Part shown: piece after piece, positions 12,101 to 24,100 of the stretch
How positions within the stretch are numbered: position 1 is the stretch's first letter
Layout: every line of letters begins with the position of its first letter
Source of the DNA: Takakia lepidozioides
Taxonomy: Eukaryota > Plantae > Bryophyta
Assembly: GCA_030704615.1 (NCBI GenBank)
Contig: CM060733.1
Location: 28,706,001 to 28,770,000 of the forward strand
Direction: 5' to 3'
Length of the DNA: 64,000 nt
The notes under the pieces: generated by a model
Told to the model about the DNA's origin: nothing
The model's database searches: none
What the model saw: only the letters and a program-made list of their open reading frames with translations
Translations under genes and position numbers: made by a program

Positions 12101-15100
12101 CCATCAGGCGCGTCTGTTTTCTTCTCTGAGCTGATACATTGTCTGGGAATATGCTTTGAGAAACTGTTTCAACTTGCTACTTGGGGAGTGAAAAAGCAGG
12201 CCAGGCAGGCAGGCGGGAATTGCGTTGAGAGAGGAGGTAACATCAACTGGGGGTCATGGAGGTTTGGGGTTGTCTGGTCCAGGTAGCCCCAGCGATACAG
12301 TGAGAGGGGCTGAGAGGGTGTTTTTTCCAGCACTGAGCCACAATGTAACTTGGGGGGATGCAGAACAAGGATGGAGGATGGGGTTTGCATATAGAGGGCC
12401 ACAGTACCATGTTTGGCTCGGTACTCACTTATGTCACCTTGCGCCTGCTTGGTGATGGGCCTGACGGTGGTGATTTTAATGCTCTGGAGCGTGGGCGTAG
12501 TTGGATCCTGAACCATGGTGGTGCCACCACGATTCCGTCCTGGGGCAAATTTTGGCTTTCTGTATGTGCACTAACTCACTTACTCTTCACTCACCACCCC
12601 GCAAAAGAGGAAAATAAATCCCTCTTCAATAAACAGTTCTGTCCCTGCCCCTCCAGATTTGAATGGAGTGAATCTACACCAGTTCAAGTTCATTCAGAAG
12701 ATGAGGGGTTTGTGAAGCGAGATCTGTGGGGCCCCAATCCTCATGATACATAGCCTTAAACTCAGGACCGCTGTTTAGTAGAGCCTACACTTTCTCTGCT
12801 GAAAGTTATTTAACAAATGCCAAGAAAGTTGAATGTATGCCAAATCTTTCTTGTAATATGAAGTCCTTAAACTTAAAAGATTGTTTGAAATTTTTCGTTA
12901 TGTCTTTTGTGGCTGCAGGTTCTAGGGGTATTTGAATGGTCGGGCAACAACCCTTTGCCCCCTGAAATCTGGATGCTACCCTACTTTCTCCCTATGCATC
13001 CAGGTGCACTACCTCTGATCCAACGCAACATTGGTGTTACTCTTTGAAGGTAGCATTTGCTGTGAAACATGTGTATCGTCTGCTCCTATACGGGCAAGCA
13101 TGTCCTTATCAATCCTCCTGTAGAGGCCAATGCAATATCTGGACTTTTACATGACTTCTTATCCTCTTTGCTTGGAACACTTTCGCTTGGAACTAAAAGA
13201 TTGAATGGACACATCTTCAATGGATTTAGCTATTAGAAGGAAATACAAGAATAAAGAGCAGAACACTTATCCAATTTATTCAAGTTGCTGGATGATGACA
13301 GGGGTCCATATTGCTGTAGTGTCTGCCTACATGTGTCTTGCCTACATGAGCTCTTAAATTGTTCTCTTTGGGATCAAGCAATTGTAAAGTGTGTATTGAT
13401 GTCGTATGGACAAATGGAAATACAACATGCAAACAAAGCTTGAGCAATCTGGAACATTGAGGCCTTGACTGACTTACCTTTATTGATCAAAATCAAAAGA
13501 AGCGAGAAATGAACGGAGACATCGAAAAGTGCTTTATCCTGACTCAATTACCGTTGAAGTGAAATGTCATATGCAAGTGGTGAACCTTCTCCCGGGCAAG
13601 CATTGCCATTGATAATGAAGCCCCTAACCAATCAAAACTGTGGGATCACAGGACGCATGTGGTGTCACTGTCGAATGGTTTACCTGCCCATGAGCTACAT
13701 TTATGGGAGTCGGTTCACAGGACCAATTACTGACACGATCAATGCTCTGAGAGAAGAACTTTTTGTGCAGCCATACAGCACAATTAACTGGAATAAGGCC
13801 CGCAATGAGTGTGCCAAGGTATGTTTGCACCTTGAGACCACATTCCTGTCAGTTTGTCCGGCACAAATCCCGGTACTTTGAATGATTGCTATCTAAGTTG
13901 TAGAATAAAGATTGGTGGAACAATATTGATTTCTGTTGCAATTGAAGGTAGGATTTAGGAAGACAAGAAGGATAAAGGAGAAATAATTGCAGCATGAAGG
14001 TTCCCTTTGTCGCAGAGAGGAAGACCACTTTGAGGTTGACATGGGACTGGCCGTCTGTGCATATGTGAGAGACAATGGAAGAAAGAAACTTAATAGCCTC
14101 CACTGAGGGCAAAGATGATGACCCATGGAGAGGGCACAAAAAACAAGGAACTTCATAACATCTCCTGGGCCCAGTTTGGGTGGAATAAGAGGGGTTTTTG
14201 AAAGCTGGGAAGAGAGGGTTATAAGACATCATACATATCTGCTGATTTGGTCGGTCCCTGTTTGTAGGAGGACCTGTACTATCCTCATCCATTAATACAG
14301 GACATACTGTGGGGCACGCTGCACAAGGTTGTAGAGCCTGTGTTGATGCATTGGCCAGGCTCCCTTCTTCGTGCTAAGGCCCTTTCCACGACCATGGAAC
14401 ATATCCACTATGAGGATGAAAACACCCGTTATCTAGACATTGGGCCTGTCAATAAGGTATGTGGGCTGAATCAGACTTGATATCTGGAGTATTCTGCACT
14501 GGCTGATTCCAATGAAACAAGGGAGTAGTAATTGAGGAGGCTTCTTAGCTCCTTGTTCTTGAGTGAAGGTCTTGAACTTCTTTTAGGCACAGGAAAATTG
14601 CAATATGGGGAATCTGCCATTACTTAAGTTGGTCTTCTCATCAGTTTTTCTGAGAAACATTCAATACCAATTTTTGGAGAGACTGCTGTCTGGGGTTGCG
14701 CACAGGTCATGAACATGTTGTGCTGTTGGGTGGATAATCCCAACTCAGAAGCATTCAAGCTGCACCTTCCTCGCATCCTTGATTATCTCTGGTTGGCTGA
14801 AGATGGCATGAAGATGCAGGTTTGTTTTGCCTTTGACTGGGCATGTCAAGTGGTAATGACACCTGTCACTACCTCATTGCTTGAATGATACAAGGGCATC
14901 AATTTCACAATCTATTTGTGTCCAGGAAAGAGGAGACAAATAGGACCCTTCGTTGTCTGGGGTCCGCGACATCCTTATATGCTTGTCTCTTTTTGTCTCC
15001 ATTTGGTAGATAGAGTTCATAAGCCATATCTGGTAGCATAAGCTTTGTGTATCCAGATAGTCCAGCTGTTAGGAAGAATGAGTGTGGTTACAAGTGTAAA

Positions 15101-18100
15101 ACTTGGAGAGAAGTGACCTATGTTACGTTGAGCCGAGGGATTCGCTGAGGATGCATTTTGTCAACATCTAGATTATTCCGACATTGCCACACTGAATTTG
15201 GGATTGCAGGGATACAATGGGAGTCAACTTTGGGACACGGCATTTGCGGCACAAGCGCTGGCATCGACCAAGCTACACAATGAGTGTGGGACCATGCTTA
15301 AGAAGGCTCACTCCTTCATTGATAAGTCCCAGGTTCTTCTCTAGCTCTCCTTCACCATCTCTTGTACCACGTTGCAGTCTAGGAAGAGTACCGAACATTT
15401 GCGATACATCATTTCAAGCAGGATCAATCAGTAATATCTGGTTGATGTGTTGCAGTTCAATCCACCTGCAAGCTGTAAACAGTAAATTCTTTGACAGGAA
15501 TACAAGTAAGGTTATTAGAAGAAAGTGCACATAAGCACGCCCCAATACTTTTATTACCGGGATGCGTATGTTTCCTATAGTTGTGTTTAGGGTTGAGCTA
15601 GGATGTGAATCACAGCTTTCATCTGCATGTTGTGAAGGTCATGGAAGATTCCCCAGGAGATTCGGCCCACTGGCACCGCCACATTTCAAAAGGGGCCTTC
15701 CCCTTTTCTACCAGAGACCATGGGTGGCCCATCTCTGACTGCTCCTCTGAGGGCTTGAAGGTGGACACATTTCTCTTCCACCATTTTTGTCATGAAAGGT
15801 TATGTTCCTTTAATGGGAGTACCCCGAAGGGCTAAGCTTGTTAGCTCAAAAGCAATGTTGCCATAGTGATAGTGTTGTTCATGGTTTCTTATTCAACTCT
15901 GTGGAAGGCTGCAGGCAGCCTTGGTGTTGTCAAAGTTACCACGGGAACTGGTTGGGGACCCGATCTCAGCAGAGCGTTTGTATGACTGTGTCAACGTCAT
16001 TCTGTCGTACCAAGTAATTTCTTCTCTTCAGAGAATTTTCTTCTGCGAAAGGCAGACAAATGTACTTGTGACTAGTAATCAGGAATTCTCACTTTTTCAT
16101 ACTGCGTATGGTTATTAAAGCCAGTAGTTATTGCATAGGAACTAACAGGAGGCAGGACCTCATGGGTTAAGAATTTACTGAATCATGGTACCTTGTCTGA
16201 ATCATTCTTCCTCATGTATGTAACCTGACTTACCTTCTAAAACTTTCACTAATATGTAGTCGGTGGGGTGCCTCATATGGTCTCTTGGGTAAAATGGCAG
16301 AACAAGGATGGAGGGTCAGCCACCTATGAAAACACCAGATCCTCTCCTTGGCTTGAGGTAAGCTGACAACATGTTGTTTTTACTATGCTCGCCTTCAGCT
16401 CCCCAGTAACGTGAAGAAGGGGGAGGGGGAGAGAGAGGGAGGGGAGAGAGAGCATGTACTCATAAGACGTTTGCCGTCGCCTTGTGGCCATTGACCCCGC
16501 CCCCAGTTTGAGCGGAGCACTAAGGCACAGAAACTACCTTTGTCAGGGGCTGACGCCGGTAGTATGACTTACCTTGAAACATGCAATTGATCCGAGTTTT
16601 CCAGATATCCTCTAGAAATCCCTTCACACAAACATTAATCTGCTGTGTGTGATTTGCCCAATAACTAGACTCCAAAAGGGCCTCGGCTCTTGGCGAGGAG
16701 TGAGAGAGAGAGAGATTGTACTCATAAGACGTTGTTTGCCGTAGCCTTGTTGCCATTGACCCCGCGCCCAGTTTGAGCGGGAACAAAAGGGACAGAACCT
16801 ACCTCTGTCAGGGGCTGACGTTGGTAGTAAGACTTACCTTCATATAAAGAATTAATTCGGGTTTTCCAGATATCCTCTAGAAATCCCTTCACACAAGCAT
16901 CAATCTGCTGTGTGTGATTTGCCCAAAAACTAGGCCTCAGGAGGGCCTGGGCTTTTGGCTCAGCCTCGAGACTTTCAAAGTTGGTAAACAGGGGTACAGG
17001 CACAATTCCCTTGATAGAATTGAAGAGAGCGTCTCTTTGGTGAGAGAACCCCGGACAGTGTATCAGAAAATGAATACTGTCTTCAGATTGCCCACACAAC
17101 GGGCAATTGCACTCTCCCTTTCCTCTCTGCTTCTGTTTGCTGTTCAAAGGTAGGCTTCCTGCCCTGAGTTTAAATTTCAGTCTAGTGCCGAGAGTGGGTA
17201 GACCCTTGAGGTCATCCAAGATGTCCTCCCCCATGTCATTGACTGGAAACAAGTTCAGGGAAGTTTTCTGCCGAACTTCATTTTCATCAGACAATCTCAT
17301 GGCAACAGACATGGCTGAGGACACTACAGCCTCTAAGTCAGATTTATCCAGCAGGGTCAAGACTTGCGGATCCAGGTCCAGGTCCTTGAGAATCTCTTCT
17401 ACTCTCTTCTGCCAGGACTTAGCCTGTTTGACAGGGCGGTCCTGTTTCCAAGATATAGAGTCGATTAACTTAGGATATCTGGTGTTGGGGCATATGTTGC
17501 AGCTGACCCCACCATCTGACCTTGAATTCATCTCTTCGGGAGCTTAAGGACAGAATGCCAATCTCACCCCGAACAGCCACATTGGCTTTTGGAGCATGCT
17601 GACATACACTCCTTAAGCACCCCCACTTGAATGGATTCTAGAGACTTAGCCTGGTTGGAGTTATCAACCCATATAGCAGATCCGTACTCCAAGGCAGGTA
17701 ATAACGCGACAAAGCATGGTTTTCTTAACCTCAGAGTTGACCCCTCTGCAGTGGAAAAATTTAGTGGGCCCCAGAGCTTTGCCCTTGCCAGTTTGAACAA
17801 CTTTCCGGATATGTGCATCCCAATTACAATTGGAGGAAAACTCAACGCCCAGGTAAGTGTAGGAAGGGAGGACCGGGATCTCTTGGCTACCCCACTGCCA
17901 CTTAAGATCACTTCCTCCCTCTCCTCTGTCGTTGAATGCTACCACTGCACATTTGCTGACATTAGCCTCTAGCCCCCAAAGATCAAAGTATTTCTTCGCG
18001 CAATCAATCAACTCCTGGAGATTGGTTGGAGTCTCCCCTATGCCTGCGAAGTCATCCGCAAACAGGGCTGGTATGGTGGTATCACCCACCCTTAACCCAA

Positions 18101-21100
18101 ATCCCTCACTTTCCACATCCTCGAGGAGTTGATTGATAAAAACATTGAAGAGCAGAGGGGAGAGAGTACATCCTTGAGCTACAGCTTGGTCTATGTCAAA
18201 GAAGTTGGACTTCTGTCCGTTAACAGTGACACAGCTTTTGGTGTACAAGTTGTGGACAACTCTCCACATCTTTCCCTTGATCCCACAAGACCAGAGGCGG
18301 AACCATAGGCCATCTCTCCACACTGTGTCATAAGCCTTTTTGACATCCAGGAAAAAAAACGTAAGTGGGTTTCCCTTCTTTTTTCCTTCCCTGGATAATC
18401 TGGCTTAGAGTGAAGATATGATCCACACAGCCCCTGTTTCGCGAAAGCCAGCTTGGCCTTCGTGGAAACAACCTCTAGACTCCAGATCAACCTCGAGACG
18501 AGTACTTATAACTCTGCAGAATGTCTTGCCAACATCATTGAGGAGCGTGATGCCACGGTAGTTCCCCGGTTCTTCTCTGTCACCCTTCTTGTATAGATTG
18601 ACAATAACCCCCTGTCGCCAGCGAAAGGGGATCATTTCAGTCTTCCAGTTAAGGTTAAAGAGGAGAACTAGGGCCTCTATCATGGGATCGCCACCGTGCT
18701 TGATAAGCTCGTTGACAATACCATCAGGTCCACCAGCTTTATATCCATTTAAATGTTCAATTGCTTCCACAAGCTCAGAAGAACTAATTGGAGCGTTATA
18801 AGCCATTGAAATATACTCCAGTTCATCAGGGCTGTTTTGAATCACAGTAACAGTTTTTCCAACTGTGTCCCTCCATTCAGCAGAAGACCTCTCACTGTTA
18901 GACCTAGAAGTTGCCAAGGATACTGTAGTGATTTTCAAAGGTTTTGACAATGTCAACCGATGAAGTCACCACTGCACCTTTAGTAGTCTTCAGCGCTTGT
19001 ACTTGCTGACTGTTTTTAGGCTTGTACAAACGTTGAAGGGCCAACCATAATTTCTTGTCATTACCACCATGGTGGTTTGAGTTTATTTCACTGTATAACT
19101 TGTCCCAGTATAATTTCTTCTGAGACCTAACAAGCTGATTGATATCTTTACGGAGCTGGTAGTACCTCGCCCACAATTCTCTGTTGGTTTCCAAATTGCA
19201 GCACTCTTTATAAAGGGCTCGTCTCTCAGCTATCTTGAGTTTGATCTCATTGGTCCACCAATTAACAGCTCTACCGCAGACAATTAGTTTCCTCCCAACG
19301 ATCTTGTCAGCCACGGAGGAAACGAAACTCTCCCAAGAGTCCACTGCTCTTTCGACTTCATTTCTTGCGTTGTCAGAGCGAGACTGAAGTTCTTGGAGCG
19401 ATTGGACAAAATGAGGGAGAGCCTCTTGCAAGGCCTGGACGTACTCAGCCTTGACCTCCTCATTATGGAATTTTATGAGAGAGAGAGAGAGAGAGAGAGA
19501 CATGCCCATATGTAATCTATTGCAGTAAACAACAGATGGGCGCCATGGTACTCAGTGACTCTTTTTAGCCAATTCTTGTGTGGTGTATTCGAACATAGAA
19601 CTGCTACGCTGGTTGTTAGATGCTGTGGAGGCAGGCATAGTCTTTGTCGAGTGGTAAGCCCACTACATGCACTCTCTAGGAATTCAGAATGTGACCAGCA
19701 TAGCAACTCAACAGTGCAGATAATTGAAAGCTTGCTGCTTGTGCATGTGGTTGCAGCTAATCAATCCTGCCGAAACATTTGGCGACATTGTGATTGACTA
19801 TTCGTAAGCCATGACCGTCGATTCCCGTTCTGACAGTATTATTAATCTTTGTTGTTGAATGCCAGACATGCTACTCCCCTGGCTTTTTCTCTAGAAAGGC
19901 ATGTCAGCAAACCACTTTAGTGGCTAGTTTCAGCACTGCATTCCTATTAAGGAAAGAGGTAAGCACAGAGATGGAGTAAGAAAGGACAGAAAACGGTATC
20001 AAGGAAGTTTGTTATCATTACTTGTTGTGGTTGCTGATTGTTGGTCCACAGATATGTGGAGTGCACAAGTGCCTGTATCCAGTCCTTGGCTGCTTTTGCG
20101 AAACAGTATCCTCAGCACCGGTCTCACGAGATCACTGATTCCATTGATCGTGCACGTCAATATATTGAAAGGCAGCAACTGCCGGATGGGTCCTGGTAGG
20201 CAAAACCCATGCTCTTCTTTTTTACTTTGGAGTTTTCTCTCTTTGTTAGGCCGGGTCAATGGCCACAAGGCTACGGCAAACAACGTCGTATGAGTACATT
20301 CTCTTTGTTAGACCCTACTATGCAAAATACATTCATTTGGCTGTGCTGGACTTCTTGATTGGGGTTTTGGGCTTCCTCAATCAAGAGCAGGACTGAATCT
20401 ATCGCTAATCACCGCTATGTTCAAACGTTCCTCCCACGGACATGTCTCTTATTCTGACTTGGCTAGACCTGGTAAGTTGGGAAGAGTTCAAACCGTATTA
20501 GCTGTCTGGTATTCAGTGTTTAATGGTTTTGGGGAACTGACAGCTATATGCTCTCGTTTCACATTCTCGCTTGTTGCCCAATGCCCTCTCCCTGTTTCCA
20601 ACTGATGTGAAACTCTTCTACAATGTCGTTTGTCTATTGATTTCATCGCAACCTCATCTTCTCGGATGTAGGAGTCCTATGATGACAGCAGCAGGTTCTG
20701 TGAAGGTGTTTTTTTACCATTTTGCATGGTTGATCATGATCTTTCAATAACTCAAGGTTACAGCGCAGACAAATTCAAGTGGGGATTGGACTCATCTTAC
20801 CTTGCTAGAAATTGCATACATCATTGATTAACTATCTGTATCACTCCGCGGTCCCTTGGAAAGCAGAGTTTTGATCACATCAGAATTCTGTAGTCTGAAA
20901 ATAAGTCCAACTAAGGTTCATCATGTGGGTTTTGGTGAGATGGAAATAGGTATGGCTGCTGGGGAGTTTGTTTCACGTATGCTACATGGTTTGGAGTGTT
21001 GGCCTTGATAGCTGCCGGAAGAGAATATGAGACATCAATTCACATTCAAAAGGCATGCAGTTTCCTTCTATCTAAGCAGCTTCCGTCTGGAGGCTGGGGA

Positions 21101-24100
21101 GAGAGCTACCTTTCTTGCCAAGACAAGGTGACCACTTGCATCATTTTGGGTTGAAGTCAGAAATTGCAGCATGGGATTGATCCAACTCTTTTGCTGTTTT
21201 CGCATTCTCTCTCCCCAGCCAGAGAGGCACAACTCCATCGACATACTGAATGCAGAATTCGCCTGCGTGCCACTTCAAACTGAGGCCCACTTCTGGCTTA
21301 CAATTTTCCTGCATAGGTTATAAGCCCTTCCCCCCAAGGGGATTGTGGCCAGGGCCCTTGCGACATCTATTAGACTCAAAAATGCAGGTTTCAAACAATC
21401 CTGGTATGCTCGTGTGGATACCTGTTTTTGAACGCCATACTCTCTATTGCTTCACTATTGCCAGTGAACCCAGAAGGGGTGGACATCACATCCAAGCATG
21501 TCCGCAACCAACTCATTAGAAAGGAGCTCATGGAGCTACATGTCAGGAGACCTTGGAAGTTACCCAACCTCACGACAAAGCATTTCTATCGAGAAACATT
21601 CTTGGTTCTCCGAGATGATAGAATCTTGCGGCCCAATTACCTTTCGGCCTCTTTATCTCCTTCTCTCCTGAGGGCTTTGGGGCGGTTCAGGGTGGGCTCC
21701 CACAACCTACGGATAGAGACTGGCAGATGGGAAAACCTGCAGTGGGAGGACCGCCTCTGTCCAGCTTGCACAGGGCGCAACCAGGAAATTGAAACTGAAG
21801 AACACTTCATCTTCTATTGCCCTCTATACTATGAGATCCGTGGGAGATTCCATTGTCTATTCCGTGGAACCCAATCTCTCACTGAAGTCTTTCAGTATGA
21901 AGATCAGAAATGCTTGGCAGCCTACCTGCGCGAGGCATTCACCCTTAGATAATCACTCGAACAGTAGTTCTTATCTCTGACTCTGGTTTCCTGTTTTCTC
22001 TCATGTTTTTCTTTCCATTTTGTACCATAAGCTCTATGACCTTTCCGCGGACGTTATAAAGCACCATTTCATTTCATTTCATTTCTCTCCCCCTGTCAAG
22101 CATCCTAGGGATAGCCAGGCAGGAAGCTAGCAGCTACCTCTGGAGCATTAAGTCTCATTGCAATTTTGGCTTTATTCGAAGTTTCACTTTCGTCCATAAT
22201 TTCCTTTCTCCTATTCTTCTCTCTCTGTCTCTTGTTCCGCCCAAACTGGTTGCGGGGTCTACGGCCACAAGTCTATGACAAACAACGTCCTATGAGTACA
22301 TTCTGTCTGGTGGAACGTTTTTTCATGTTATACCTCAGCACAGCCCAGGAGAGTAATAAACTTTCTGTCTCACCCCCCTCAACCTCATTGACAAGCTTGC
22401 ACTTTGAAAAGATTCATTAGTTTCTATGGTTTTAGAATTTGTTTGTCCTGTGGTTGTACTTCCGTCCCTTGGGCCATTTGCTTCCTATGGACATAATAGG
22501 TTTCTTTCTTTGTCTCTTCTTTATCCCTCTCTCGTGCATAAGCCTCTTCATCTTCTGGCCTCCTTTGGTGTGGTTTGATGTGGGTTTCCTGTAAGGTTCC
22601 CCCTGGACTTGGATAAAGCTTCTTTCCAGCCTCCCATGGATGCAATGATGTCCTTTCTTCTCTGTCTCTCATACACACACAGTCACACTTGTCCCCTATT
22701 TCCAGTTAGAGGGGAATTAACTTCAAAATTCCTAGTATGGATTCCAGTTCTAAATGACATGATAATCCTGTAACCTGATTTGCATCTGGTTGGCTCTCAA
22801 ACTCACAACATGCTCCAGGAAGGTTAGTATGCTGCAGGGACTATGCCCATGGATAGCCGCATTCATCAATCCACTCTATGCCTCTGGTCCCCCATGGACA
22901 TTATTATGCTTTTTTCTTGTTTCTCTTCTCAAATGTGAGCCAAAAGCCCAGGCCCATTTTGGAGCCTAAATATTGGGCAAACCACACAGAGCAGATTGAT
23001 GCTTGTGTAAAGGATTTCTAGAGGATATCTGGAAAACTCGCATCAATTGTCTGTTCCAAGGTAAGTCATACTACCGGTGTCAGCCCCTGACAAAGGTAGT
23101 TTCTGTACCTTTGTGTTCCGTTCAAACTGAGCGCGGGGTCAATGGCCACAAGGCTATGGCAAACAACGTCTTAGGAGTACATTCTCTTCTCAAATGTGAG
23201 TTCTGAGTTTATGAGGCTCTCAAATTGATTTATTTCCTTTTGTCTCTCTTCCTCATGCACCTAGTGTGTTGAAACCCTGTATAAAGATATTTAGTTGTAC
23301 TTGTTGGCCTCTTTAGCTGGAATGTCAAAAAAAGTACACGTCAGTGTCTCTTCTCCACTATTTTCTGACTAGTGTTTCTGGCAGTGCACAATAGCCACAT
23401 GTGTCATCTCTTCCGTTTAAGGTATAGCTACATTACAGCCAGCCCTGACAATGTGTGAGATAATAAGCATAGGAAACGGCAAGGTCAGGCCGAGTTTGCG
23501 GATTGTTAAACCCACAATATGCCCAAGGAGTGCGTATCATGGAACAGGCCCAGCAAAGATTTAATGCTCCGTACCTTTGGGAAAGAAGTTAGCATTCAGA
23601 AGTACAGACTGGAGGTCAGTCAAGCTCATGTAGGAGGAGCTGGGTGCTTGGCTAGCCTTGTTGTCAAAGTTTGGTGCTGATAAAGGACAAGGATGTATTA
23701 CTTTTTCAGGTGTACACAAACTTGGAAGGAGGCAAAGCGCATGTTGTGAATACATCGTGGGCATTACTTACTCTTATTGCTGCGGGACAGGTGCTTGCTC
23801 TCTTCAGCCAATGCTCTGCTTCTAGTACTGACTGTATTTGAATCAAACCAGGGCATTTGTTGATTGTTTCAGGAATCTGAGAGCCGTGTTGAGAGCCATG
23901 TTGATCAAATTTTATTCTGTGCGTGTAGTAGTATATTTATTCTGGTTGTATGTACTTTTGACAGAGAAAGAGGGACCCTGAACCCTTACACAGAGCAGCC
24001 ATTGTACTGATCAATGCACAAATGGAAAATGGTGACTTTCCTCAAGAGGTACACAGTTCCCGTTTGCCCCAGAGAAAGACCCAAGGACTTTCCTTGTCAA

